A program made the translations under genes and the position numbers. Shown here in pieces: positions 41,890-54,827 of a stretch of DNA of 64,000 nt. The notes under the pieces were generated by a model. The model did not search any database. It saw only the letters and a program-made list of their open reading frames with translations, and was not told the origin of the DNA. Positions within the stretch are counted from its first letter, which is position 1. The number at the start of each line of letters is the position of its first letter. This stretch comes from Octopus vulgaris (Eukaryota): the NCBI GenBank assembly GCA_951406725.2, contig OX597823.1, forward strand, positions 56,792,001 to 56,856,000, written 5' to 3'.

Positions 41890-42520
41890 TACTGCTTTCA
41901 AATTTTGGCACAAGCTCAGCTGTTTCGGAGGAGAGGTAAGTCGACCTCAGTGCTCAACTGGTTCTTATTCTATCGACCCCGAAAAGATGAAAGGCAAAGT
42001 TGACCTCAGCGGAATTTGAACTCAGAACATAAAGACGGGCGAAATGCCGCTAAGCATTTAGCCAGGTAGGTTAACGATTCTTCCAGCACACCGCCTTATT
42101 GACAATAATATTGTTCTCAAATTTTGGCACGAGACCAGCATGTTTGGGGAAGGCAATGAGTCGATTACATCGACCCCAGTACTCAGCTGGTACTTATTCA
42201 ATCGACCTTGAAATGATAACGTAAATACGGACGAAATGCTGCTAAGCATTTTACTCGGCCTGCAACCGATTCTGCCATATTAACAGTAAAATTAGTAAGT
42301 AACAGAAGGCAGTGAGCTGGCAGAATCATTACCGCGCTGGGAAAAGATGCTTAGATGCTATTCCCTTCTTTACGTTCTGGGTTCAAATTCCGCGCAGGTC
42401 GACTTTGCTCTTTATTCTTTTGGAGTTGATAAAGTAAGTACCAGTTGAATCCTGGAGTTGATCTAATCGACTTTACCTCTCTCCCAAAATTGCTAGCCTT
42501 GTACTAAAACTTGAAACCAA
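41890..42520. mobile_element. Cluster of three family B SINEs (two minus, one plus)
   Basis: Repeated atcgaccccgaaa.gatgaaaggcaaag core and gagctggcagaatc head. Confidence 0.8.
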
Positions 42521-43212
42521 TGTTAATAAACAACTTCCTCTCTCTTTTCTTTATTTAATTTTTCCTTTTCCTCTTTTCTCATTTCTATTGTCTGTCCGTG
42601 TCTCTCATTTTCTCTTTTCTTTCTCTGTCTCACTCGTTCTTTCCGTCTCATCTCTTCCTTGGTCACTAATCTGACACAAAATCACGTGATCTTTAAATGA
42701 AAACAGAAAAAAACAAAAACAAGTCTAGCCAACCACATTTGTCAAATTCATTATAAAATTGTGATAATTTAAACACAAACCTACACGCACTCTCAAAACA
42801 CACACGCACATACACATACAAAAACAAAAATACACACACACACACACAAACACAAACACAGAATCATAAGCAACAACAAAAGCAACGCCTAATGTGGACA
42901 ACACTTAACAACCACACAACTACAACAAAAGTAGCAACAACAAAAACAACTACAACATAAATAAATAAATCAAAAACAAAAGCAACAACAAAACAGCAAT
43001 CACACAAACAAACGCTGTAGAGGAGGAACGAAAGGAAGCTAAAACAAAATATATTCCTACAAACTTTTGGTTTGGCAGACGATAAGATTGACAAGAAATG
43101 TAGCAGACAATTCTAATTAGATATTTTATTCTATTTGTCCTTGATATTAATCTTCTAGCAAGCAAGACACAAGACAGACAAATGAAGGAATGAAGTATTG
43201 TAGTTAAAGCTA

Positions 43213-43289
<77 letters not shown>

Positions 43290-43455
43290 GTGATACACGA
43301 TCCCTATTGATCGTTTTTTCTTTTCTTTTTTTTTTCTTTTCTACGATCCCTTTTGATCGAAAACCTACCCCATCCTTTTTTCTGCCCAAAAAGAAAAGCT
43401 CTACTTTGTAATTTGTCCTGTCTGTGTCCAGCCCTGTGTCGCTAATAAAGAAACA
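43290..43455 (+). mobile_element. Tx1-clade LINE 3' UTR fragment in (CTAT)n
   Basis: Matches 44496-44674; starts directly after (ctat)n and ends aataaagaaaca|tatctat. Confidence 0.88.
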
Positions 43456-43661
43456 TATCTATGTAGCTTGCTAGCCAGCTAGCTATATTCACATATACAC
43501 ATACGAGGAAACGCTAAAAAGTCCCTGGTTTTGGGTAAAAGAAAACGCTGGAGGATCAATTGATTGTAATTTTATTCAACATATTCCCTTATGCATGTAT
43601 GTATGTATGTATGTATGTATGTATGTATGTATGTATGTATGCATGTATGTATGTATGTATG

Positions 43662-43701
<40 letters not shown>

Positions 43702-43730
43702 GTCTATCTATCTATCTATCTATCTATCTA

Positions 43731-44674
43731 GGGGATTAGTGGAGGGGAGGTACGACGACGAGCTCGGGAGGAACCTGGACGTCGACGAGGAATACTTGAC
43801 CCGCCTGTTCAGGACGACTTTCGGGCCAGGGCCCATGGACAACTTCCAGAGATCCCTGGTCTGGCAGTGCTACCAAGAAGCGCTACCCGTTCAGGATAAG
43901 CTCTGCAGACACGGGTCGAGAAACACGGGGCCGACCTGCCCAAGATGCGGTCAGAGCGACGAAACCGTTCTGCACGCACTCGGGGAGTGTCCAACAATTT
44001 CCGACCTGTGGGCTTATGTCGAACGACTGCTGTCACGTGTGCGACGAGTCGGTTCATCAGCCGAGTCTATCGTCAACATATCACGCCTCTTTCTTTCAAA
44101 CGGGAAGGAAGAGCTATTTTCATCATCCTTGTGACTATGGCGAAAGAATGTATCTGGTGGACGCGTCTGAAAGGATTGGAGACAAACACTTTCCTCTCTG
44201 GTCAATCTCTCATCAACTTTTTCAAGTACCACTTGAAAAGGAAAGTGAGAGTAGAGAGGCAAGTTTTGTCTAGCGAATGTTTCAAAAAAAGATGGGTGAA
44301 TGTAGCAAGGGTGGCACCTTGAGCATAATCCTATGAACCCGAAAAATTTAAAACAGAGGGTTACCTACTTGCAAACAAATGTGGTAACATGTAACATTAT
44401 TGACCGAGGTTACCGTGGTCTTTTCCGTAGGTTTTTCTTCCCACGGATAAACCTTATCTGCTTCCCCTTTACACTTTACATCATTGACATTTCTGTGACA
44501 CACGATCCCTATTGATCGTTTCTTTCCCTTTTTGTTTTCTTTACTTCTTTCCCTTTTACGATTCCTTTTGATCGAAAACCTAACCCACCTTTTTTTTCTC
44601 TCCCCCAAAAAGAAAAGCTCTACTTTGTAATCTGTCCCGTCTGTGTGCAGCCCTCTGTGGCTAATAAAGAAACA
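43731..44674 (+). mobile_element. 5'-truncated Tx1/L1-clade LINE (ORF2 C-terminus plus 3' UTR)
   Basis: FQRSLVWQCYQEALPVQDKL...CPRCGQSDETVLHALGECP (CCHC zinc-binding domain), one frameshift, then AKECIWWTR...FKKRW, stop at 44320-44322, AATAAA; (ctat)n upstream and (ctac/ctat)n downstream. Confidence 0.92.
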
Positions 44675-44830
44675 TATCTACCTACCTACCTACCTACCTA
44701 CCTACCTACCTACCTACCTACCTACCTACCTACCTACCTACCTACCTACCTACCTTACCTACCTGCCTGCCTGCCTGCCTGCCTACCTACCTACCTGCCT
44801 ACCTACCTACCTACCTACATACCTACCTAC

Positions 44831-44894
<64 letters not shown>

Positions 44895-44955
44895 ATATAT
44901 ATATATCTATCTATCTATCTTGCTAGCCAGCTAGCTATATTCACACATACTCATA

Positions 44956-45174
44956 CGAGGGTATGCTAAAAAGGCCCTGGTTTTGGGTAAAAGAAAATAC
45001 AGGAGGATCAGTTAATTATGATTTTATTCAACATAGTCCCCTCTCAGATTCACGAGCTTATTGCAGCGGTCCTTCAGTTTTTATATGTCCTATAGAAGAA
45101 CTCGGACAGTTGGGCTTCCAACCAGGCTTTTCGCGATACCTTTAAAACCAGGAACTTTTCAGTACACACACTCG
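44956..45174. mobile_element. Mariner-like MITE with TA TSD
   Basis: TA|cgagggtatgctaaaaaggccctggtttt ... aaaaccaggaacttttcagtacacacactcg|TA. Confidence 0.8.
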
Positions 45175-45308
45175 TATACACATATCCGAGAGTCTTCAAA
45201 TTTTCTCACAAAATCCGATCATATGATAATAATCCACTCGGAGCTGTTAGTCGAAGGTACTACCTCTCTCTCTCCTTCTTCCTCTGTCTGCCTATCTGTC
45301 TGTCAGTC

Positions 45309-45361
<53 letters not shown>

Positions 45362-45535
45362 GGATCTATGTAGACAGTGGGTTTCACTTCTATGCTGAAT
45401 CATTGAACCCAAAGTCATGAGATTCACACGGGGGTTTTTATCACAGCAAAATACAGGAAAAGAAGAATACGAAATTCGATGAAGTGAGGAGGTAGAATGC
45501 AGAGAAAGGGATTAGAGTGCTAGATAGATAAATAT

Positions 45536-45582
<47 letters not shown>

Positions 45583-45583
<1 letters not shown>

Positions 45584-45690
45584 GTTTCTTTATTGGCCAC
45601 ACAGGGCTGCACACAGATGGGACAAGTTACAAGGTAGAGCTTTTCTTTTGGGGGATGAAAAAAACAAAAAACAAAAGAAACAAAAAAAAA
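45583..45690 (-). mobile_element. Tx1-clade LINE 3' end inside (GATA)n
   Basis: Minus cccccaaaagaaaagctctaccttgtaacttgtcccatctgtgtgcagccctgtgtggccaataaagaaact|tatctatcta; GATA repeats on both sides. Confidence 0.88.
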
Positions 45691-45749
45691 GATAGATATA
45701 TAGATAGATAGATAGATATAAACAGAGATAGATATATATAGAGAAATAT

Positions 45750-45811
<62 letters not shown>

Positions 45812-46103
45812 GGAGTGCAGATGGTGGGATCAGTGATGGGATGGAAGGAAAAGGTAGGAAAGATCTGAATTACACAAGATATTTGATGTGTTTTACATTA
45901 ATATTTGACTTTCACCTTATACTTTCCGTTCACTTCCGACATGACACACGCACGCACGCACATACACATACACACACACGCACACACACATGCATACATA
46001 TATGTATACATGTAAAACAATATATCATATATGCGGTATATAACACATAGTACATATGCATGTGCATATATCTGTACACATACACTCACATACACACACA
46101 TGC

Positions 46104-46241
<138 letters not shown>

Positions 46242-46524
46242 GTGAATATGTGTGGTGTGTGTGCATATATACATATGTGTGGATGTATATATGTATAAGC
46301 GTTTTTGTACATATGTATGTTAATAATATTATAGTCATGTATATCGGACAATACGTGTATGTGTGTATAATGTATACGCACATACAAACATTGTTCGTTC
46401 GTATTCATAAACATACATATACACGCACACACACATATATATATACACATAATATATATACGCACATATGTATGCTTACATACACACATACATACATGCA
46501 TGCATATATATATATATATATATA

Positions 46525-46596
<72 letters not shown>

Positions 46597-46900
46597 AAAT
46601 CTATATATATACACTTATATTTGCCCCGGTTTTTAGCGTAAGGAAATGTACATTGTTTTTCTCAAACGTCTCTCCGAGACGAGATTTTTGATATTTATTG
46701 GTTAACACGTCGTAAGAGAATTCAGATTTCCGATGTAGCAAAGAAACGGACGTGCATCGTGTTCGAAGAGTAAAAGATTCGGAAGATAACAACGCAGTTT
46801 ATTGGTCAAATGATATAATTGTGATGTGATACGACGAGAATTGGGTTCGACCGGAAGTTTGTCGAAATGTTCGTTTTTGTCTAATTTAAAAAAAAAAAAC

Positions 46901-46955
<55 letters not shown>

Positions 46956-47420
46956 GTTGTTGTTGTTGTTGCTGCTGCTGCTGCTGCTATTATTATTGTC
47001 ATCTCTCTCTCTGTCTTGCTTTCTTTAACATTATAACTTTGATGGAATTCGGCGATAGGTTATGGTTTGTGGTTAGGAAGTGTTGCTGTGAACTCGTCCA
47101 ATTTTGACTTTTAACACTCGTTCACTATCATTGACAATGACAAAACCAATATAGAAATAAAACTGCGACCGCGTGTTTTCGTTCGTGTTTCGTTTGTATT
47201 TTTTTCCTTTAATCCATTAAGCTCGTCAAGTTCAAAAATGTGCCTTAGGAATATCCTTGTGGTGGTGGTGGTGGTGGTGGTCGTGGTCGGCGTCGTCTTC
47301 CTCCTCCTCCTCCTCCTCCTCCTTATTCTTTTTCTTCGCGTCGTTGTTCTCCTTCCCTTCGTTTTGGTCCGCCTTGCTCTCATTGCCATATGATACCAAA
47401 TAAGTTTCCGTGTTCGCCCC

Positions 47421-47829
47421 CTACTCTCTTTACTCTTTACTCTTTTACTTGTTTCAGTCATTTGACTGCGGCCATGCTGGAGCACCGCCTTTAGTCGAGC
47501 AAACCGACCCCGGGAATTATTCTTTGTGAGCCCAGTACTTATTCTATCGGTCTCTTTTGCCGAACCGCTAAGTGACGGGAACGTAAACACACCAGCATCG
47601 GTTGTCAAGCAATGCTAGGGGGACAAACACAGACACACAAACATACACACACACTTATATATATATATACATATATTCGACAGGCTTCTTTCAGTTTCCG
47701 TCTACCAAATCCACTCACAAGGCATTGGTCGGCCCGGGGCTATAGCAGAAGACACTTGCCCAAGATGCCACGCAGTGGGACTGAACCCGGAACCATGTGG
47801 TTGGTTAGCAAGCTACTTACCACACAGCC
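47421..47829 (-). mobile_element. SINE family A, young subfamily
   Basis: Shares the diagnostic aaggcattggtcggcccggggctatagcag with 1626-2018. Confidence 0.92.
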
Positions 47830-48014
47830 GCATACAAAACTGAAAAAAAAAACCTAACAAAATGATTCAAATAAAATGTGACATTCAAATGTAAAAAAAA
47901 AAAACATATTTGAAAAAGATATTTTAAAAATTGAAAGAAAATGTGAGAGTACAGAAGGGATTTGAACCTGTGTCCCCTCGCTGATGCCCTGTCGAAACAA
48001 AATGCGTGGTTTTA

Positions 48015-48220
48015 TTTTCTACTATAGGTACAATGCCTGTAATTCGGAGGAAGGATCTTGTCGATTACATCGACGCAGTGCTCGACTTGGTACTTATTTT
48101 ATCGACCCCCGAAAAAATGAAAGGCAAAGATGACCTCGGTGGGATTTGAACTCAGCAGTGGAAGAACCATCACTAAGCATTCTGTATGACATGCTAACAA
48201 TTCCGCCAGCTTGCCGCCGC
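48015..48220 (-). mobile_element. SINE family B, degenerate
   Basis: gtcgattacatcgac...tggtacttattttatcgacccc...gccagcttgccgcc. Confidence 0.78.
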
Positions 48221-48565
48221 GTAAGTATGTGCTAAAACATCTAGTTTGTTAAATGGTTAGGAAGACCACAATATATTTGGTTCTGTGCTGCGTGAGACTG
48301 ACAGATAAAAGAGAGGGAGAGAGAGGGAGAGGGTGAGAGGGAGGGTTATCTTTTTAAATGATAGATTTATCTATTTCATATCAATAGTTCAATCAAATGA
48401 GAGGTAGATCATCAATCTAGCCGCAAAAGCAAAAGGTAAAAACTTTATGCAAATATAATAAATATATTTGCACAGAGACAAGAGAAAGGAAAATAATAGA
48501 TCACGTGCAACTTTGTACCAATGTTTGTAAAGTCTGTATTTAGGCCAAATAATGTGTGCCATACT

Positions 48566-49240
48566 AAATGTATGTCTTCATGGAAGTGTCAAGGAAGTAT
48601 ATAGAGAAGTGTCTACGTTCGAGGTTCAAACCCAACCACTATCAGTCTATCTGCAAAAGGTTCAAGTATTAAATATTTTCGCATGCGAGACGGAAGATAA
48701 AAAAATTAAAATTCCAATAGATGGACTAATAAATTATGTGTGTCTGTTTTAATGTTTTACAAGTCAATATTTAATTGAGATGAAGCGGCGAGCTGGCAGA
48801 AACGTTAGCATGCCGGGCGAAACGCTTTTTGGTATTTCGTCTGCCGTTACGTTCTGAGTTCAAATTCCGCCGAGGTCAACTTTGCCTTTCATCCATTCGG
48901 GGTTGATAAATTAAGTACCAGTTGCGCACTGGGGTCGATGTAATAGACTTAATCCGTGTGTATGTCCTTGTTTGTCCCCTCTATGTTTAGCCCCTTGTGG
49001 GTAGTAAAGAAATACATATGAAATGTATATCTTTATGGAAGTGTCTAGGAAGTATTTAGGGAAGTGTCTAAGTTCGAGGTTCAAACCCAGCTATTACCAA
49101 TCTATCTGCAAAAGGTTCAAGTATTAAATATTTTCGCATGTCAGACAGAAGATAGAAAAATTAAAATTCCAATAGATGGACTAATAAATTATGTGTCAGT
49201 CTGTTTCAATGTTTTACAAATCAATATTTAGCTGAGATAA
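48566..49240 (+). repeat. ~220-bp direct duplication (48566-48782 and 49021-49240) around a full-length family B SINE (48783-49013)
   Basis: aaatgtat.tctt.atggaagtgtc...ctatctgcaaaaggttcaagtattaaatattttcgcatg...aattccaatagatggactaataaattatgtgt occurs twice. Confidence 0.92.
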
Positions 49241-50090
49241 AGCGGCGAGCAGGCATGCCGGGCGAAATGCGTAGCCGTATTTCGTCTGCCGTTACGTCTG
49301 GCCTTGTGGGTAGTAAAGAAATAGGTATTTCGTCTGCCGTTATGTTCTGAGTTCAAATTCCGCCGAAGTTGACTTTACCTTTCATCATTTCGGGGTCGAT
49401 TAAATAAGTACCAGTTACGCACTGGAGTCAATATAATCGACTTAATCCGTTTGTCTGCCCTTGTTTGTCCTCTCTGTGCTTAGCCCCTTGTGGGTCGTAA
49501 AGAAATAGGTATTTAATCCGCCGTTAAGTTCTGAGTTCAAATTCCGCTGATGTCGACTTTGCCTTTCGAGGTCGATAAATTAAGTGCCAGTTGCGTACTG
49601 GGTCGATATAATCGACTGGCCCCCTCCCCCAAAATTTCGGACCTTATGCCTAGATCAGAAAAGAATATTTAGCTAAGATAAGGTGGCTCGGTGGCAGAAT
49701 CGTTTGCACGCCGGGCAAAATGCTTAGCGGTATTTCATCCGTCTGTACGTTCTGAGTTCAAAAATCTGACGAGGTCGACTTTGTCTTTCATCCTTTCGAG
49801 GTCAATAAAATAAATGCCAGTTGGGTACCAGGGTCGATGTAATCGACCAATCCCTACCCCGAATTTGCCGGCCTTACGGCAGAATTTGAAGCTAATATTT
49901 ATGTCAAATGAAGGCGGCAAACTGGCAGAATCTTTAGCTCACGTTCTGAGTTCAAATTCCGCCGAGTTCGACTTTGCTTTTCATTCTTTCGCGGCCGATA
50001 AAATACGTACAAGTTGAGTACTGGGGCCGATGTAATCGACTTATACCGCTTCCGAATTTTCTGGACTTGTGCAAAAATTTAAAAGCAATA
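49240..50090 (+). mobile_element. Head-to-tail array of family B SINE units
   Basis: About five partial or complete units; junction aagaaata|ggtattt seen at ~49323 and ~49507. Confidence 0.88.
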
Positions 50091-50665
50091 TTTCGGGAAA
50101 ATATGCGTTTCAAACTTAGGCCCAAGGCCGGCTGTTGTTAGGGGACGAGTTAGTCGATAGCATGGACATCTGAATTGGAATGGTACCTTATTTCATTGAA
50201 CCTGAGAAAAATGAAAAGTAAAGTTGACCTGAGCTGAAATTGAACTCAAAACATAAGAGCCACCCCTCCCTCAACATTATTATGGATTTCCGAGCACCCA
50301 GAACCAGCTCTTGTACATATAACCCATTTTTTCCACCTACACAATTTTCTCTATCGATTGTACTCTGTGTTAGTTGGATCTATTAATATAAATATCTATA
50401 AATTCATACTTAAAAATTCATCATCTGAAAGTTTTCACATTTTGCTTTCTCTCGCTTTGCATGTATACATATATACATATTTTGTATTTCGTACCCAAAC
50501 TATTGTATTAATATATTAAATACATGTAATTTAAATAATGTACCCAATTCGTTTATCTGCATAATTGCCTCCGTCTGTCTGTCTATCTATTTGTGTGTGT
50601 GTGCGTGTGTGCGTGCGCGTGTGTGTGCGCGCGCATACTTGTATGTATGTATGTATGTATGTATG

Positions 50666-50710
<45 letters not shown>

Positions 50711-51091
50711 ATCTTGTTACAATATAATAATGTTATTTTCCAGCGAAATAAAGCACCGTAAAGGTAGAATTATAAATAGGTACCAATTGTTCGACGCAAG
50801 GTAAAGCTTCCCTGAATGTATGGAGGCAAAGATGTGTGTGGACGGCGAATATAAAGAATTTTCGGCTTTCATATATCATGTATATATATATATATAATTT
50901 TAATATAGTAATTTAATATAGTAATAAGTCCTCGTGTACTCGTTTTGCTGTAACAGCCAAATTTTATATATTTTATAATATTCTCCTATATTTTGCCAGA
51001 ATTTCCCAATGCGAGTTATATTTACTTTCATTAAAATACATGTATACATACATATATTTATATATATATTTTTAACATGTGATCTCTTGAG

Positions 51092-51285
51092 CACCACCAG
51101 CAAAAATATTTTTTTCCTCTGTCTTCCCTTCTCGGGATCTTTCCTTCTCCTTGTTTCCGACGAAGAGCTCCGCTCGAAACGTTAAATCCTCCTTCCCTTC
51201 TTTCCTGAGCGTCAAATAATACTTTAATTGTTCCACGTCCTCGCGTTGCTGTGTTTTTTTCTGTGTTTTCTTGTTTGGATTAACT
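51092..51285 (+). mobile_element. Penelope pLTR-like short element with a minimal hammerhead-like motif
   Basis: ttt-ccgacga-agagctccgctc-gaaacgtt; ends tttggattaac|tatata. Confidence 0.75.
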
Positions 51286-51665
51286 ATATATATATATATA
51301 CATAAACCTGCATGTATGTATAAAGCACCGGGACAAATTTCCATCTGTAATCCCAGATGAAACCATATCAAGGCAGGAAGTACAAAGAAAAGTAACTCCG
51401 TCCGGCTTGCTTCTTCACTAAAAACAATCCAGAAAGTAACCCACCAAAGCACTGAAAAGAGGTGCCCAAGTATAGCCCTCAGCCTTTCGCTGAAACCAGC
51501 GTAGGAATATTTATCTATATATGCGTATGTATCTATACACCTACTAAGAAGTGTATACATAAGCATATATATATATCTAATATATTATATATATATAATA
51601 TAGTATAATATATATGTATATATATATATAATATATATCATATATATATATAATATGATATAATA

Positions 51666-51719
<54 letters not shown>

Positions 51720-52295
51720 TACACATGTTTGTGTCTTTGTGTGTGTATTAATATTAAATGGAAATATAGAATAAAAACGGTAGCAATAGCAAAACAGTGA
51801 CTCGGCTGTATATTAAAACACGCTCTAAATTGAATAGAACCTATATTCATTGGTTTCCCCTGGAGAAGTGATCGCTTTACATACGACTCGCGGGCTCGAC
51901 ACCTTGCTGCGAAGCTGCACTAATAACTTTCTAACCTCTCTTCTACAAGCATTCTATAGAAACAAAAAGAGACAAAAAGAAAAAAAAAGTAAAGGAAATA
52001 AATAAAAATGGAAGCTATGAGAAGTTATCTTCGAAACTTCGGTAGAGAAAAAAAAAAATCAAGCCACTGGAGGATGCTTTAGATGTAGCACGGCGTTAAT
52101 AATGATTACACATATGTCTTCCATAAATGCAGTGACTCATGGTCTTAGAAATTGGAGCTGACACTTAACTTAGCTGCGGAGCATTAGGTGCGATTTGTCT
52201 TGAAGCTGCAATAGACAAAAGTACGGAGTTACCTTCATTTCACTCTGCCTTCAAGCGCAATCTATGTCATGCCACTTATAATGATGTTTTCTAAC

Positions 52296-52361
<66 letters not shown>

Positions 52362-52429
52362 TGTCGCGTGTTTACTGACACTGTACTGCACTTGCTTGTT
52401 AAGTTTGTCTCCTTTTTGCCAACGACCAA

Positions 52430-52519
<90 letters not shown>

Positions 52520-53091
52520 GTGTGTTTGTGTGTAATCTACAAACACTCGTGCACCTCACTCGCACTTATATAGTGTTGGTGTATACACACAAACGCACAT
52601 GCACACGCACATACATATATACATACATGCATATATCCATACATACATACATACATACATACATACATACATACATACATACATACATGCATGCATACAT
52701 ACGCACACACACACACGCACATACACACATATACTGCAAAAATCATATTATATCTTGCTCGGTTCTGGCTATCAACATAGGCGGCAGGGCAAAAGAAGAA
52801 GAACAAAATACGAGAAACCAGTAGTGTTTGTTTTAGATGTCGTTGTCAACAGTAAATCAATAGAAAACAGTTGACGTTTTTCTTTTTTTTCTATTTCGCG
52901 AGTGATTTCGTGTGATGGTATGCGCATACATTTATATGTCCATATGTTTGTCTGCGAGTTGTGGGTATGTTTGTGTGTGTGTGAGCTTGAGAGTAACGAG
53001 ATTTATATTTAAGTATCTTAAACTGCTCAACAGCCATTCATTCATCCATCCATCCATCCATCCAACCATCCATATTCCCCGCCTACTGTTC

Positions 53092-53832
53092 TTATTTCTT
53101 TACTGCCCACAAGCGGCTACACACAGAGGGGAAAAACAAGGACAGACAAACGGATTAAGTCGATTATATCGACTCCAGTGTGCAACTGGTACTTATTTAA
53201 TCGACCCCGAAAGGATGAAAAGTAAATTCGACCTCGGAGGAAGTTGAACTCAGAACGTAACGGCAGACGAAATACCTATTTCTTTACTACCCACAAGGGG
53301 CTAAACACAGAGAAGACAAACAAGGACATACACACGGATTAAGTTGATTATATCGACCTCAGTGCGTAACTGGTACTTATTTAATCGACCCCGAAAGGAT
53401 GAAAGGCAAAGTCGAACTCGGTGGAATTTGAACTCAGAACGTTAACGGCAGACGAAATACGGCTACGTATTTCGCCCGGCGTGCAAACGTTTCTTATTTC
53501 TTTATTGCCTACAAGGGGCTAAACATAGAGGGGACAAACAAGAACAGACAAAGGAATTAATTCGATTACATCGACCCCAGTGCGTAACTGGTACTTATTT
53601 AATCGACCCCGAAAGGATGAAAGTCAAAGTCGACCTCGGCGGAATTTGAACTCAGAACTTAGGATAGTTGATTGCATCAACCTTAGTGTATAACTCGTAC
53701 TTATTTTATCGACCTGGAAAGGATGAAAAGCAAAGTCAACCTCGGTATAATTTGAACACAGAACGTAACGGCAGCCAAAATACTGCTAAGCATTTCGCCC
53801 AGCGTCCTAACGTTTCTGCCAGCTCATTGCCT
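53092..53832 (-). mobile_element. Head-to-tail array of about four family B SINE units
   Basis: Unit tatttcttta...cacaaggggctaaac...gaccccgaaaggatgaaa...gaactcagaac starting at ~53092, ~53277 and ~53495, plus a partial fourth unit. Confidence 0.92.
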
Positions 53833-54085
53833 TCCCGCCTTCCCGTGTACTCTTCTTGACAGAGTTGTATGTGTAGCGTCCTCAGGCAACTCCTTCATAG
53901 AGTCCTATCAGATAGGAAACGCCAGTACACTTTCAGCCAGGATTCTCAATCATAACCAACGAAAACAATGGGTATTATAAAATCATCTCGTATCTTTCCC
54001 TAGGTCAACTGCAAAGGTTGAAGAATCTGCCTTGCGATTGTTTCCAGCTACATTCTAATCACATGCTCTTAATAGCAGAACTGCT

Positions 54086-54200
54086 GGAGGTACGTGGCTC
54101 AGTGGTTAGATTGTTAGATCGTAAGATTGTGGTTTCGATTCCTGGATCGGGTGACGGGTCGTGTTCTTGAGTAAACCACTTATTTCACGTTGCTCCAGTC
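54086..54200 (+). mobile_element. CORE SINE (family C type) 5' half
   Basis: ggaggtacgtggctcagtggttag...ggtttcgattcctgg...gtgttcttgagtaaaccacttatttcacgttgctccagtcca. Confidence 0.8.
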
Positions 54201-54207
54201 CAGGGGA

Positions 54208-54291
<84 letters not shown>

Positions 54292-54409
54292 CGCCATGAA
54301 ATCGGGAAACCGGACCTTTATAAATCGATATGACGTGAGAAGGTAATTCTTTTACTAATAGCAGAGCTGTAACCTCTCAATTTCTCTAGCGTGGAAGCCT
54401 GAACTACAA

Positions 54410-54545
54410 CGGACTTGTTCGACAGTTACTTTTGGGTACCACCTCGTATATTTCCTTCCCTGAGTGTCTTTTATTACTTTGCATGTACCACGTCCCTGCG
54501 TTGTTGTTTTATCTCTTGTGATTTTTTCTTCTTTTTTATTAACTA
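54410..54545 (+). mobile_element. 3' part of the pLTR-like short element family
   Basis: ccctgagtgtc...ccacgtccctgcgttgttgtttt...ttaactata. Confidence 0.55.
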
Positions 54546-54607
54546 TACACACACACACACACACATGCACACTCACACACATATATATATATATATATAT
54601 ATGTATG

Positions 54608-54662
<55 letters not shown>

Positions 54663-54699
54663 ATGTGTGTGTATGTATGTATGTATATATACACATATA

Positions 54700-54827
54700 T
54701 ATACACGACATGCTTCTTCCAGTCTCCGTCTACCAAGATTCTTGGCCGAAGTGCCTCACAGTAACACTGAACCCGGAGTCATGTGGTTGAGAACCAATCT
54801 TCTTACCACACAGCCACGCCTGCGCCT
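54700..54827 (-). mobile_element. SINE family A, 5' half
   Basis: actgaacccggagtcatgtggttg...accacacagccacgcctgcgcct. Confidence 0.75.

Noticed and set aside
47230-47420. Acidic/His-rich minus frame and signal-peptide-like plus frame
   Set aside because: Built from short trinucleotide runs, abuts a SINE tail, and has no convincing splice sites.
53092-53832. CRISPR-like regular repeats
   Set aside because: The units are whole SINE bodies without unique spacers; no cas genes, and the context is eukaryotic.
53870-54070. Possible RTE C-terminal relic (EHVIRM*LETIARQIL) on the minus strand
   Set aside because: Too short and degenerate to support.
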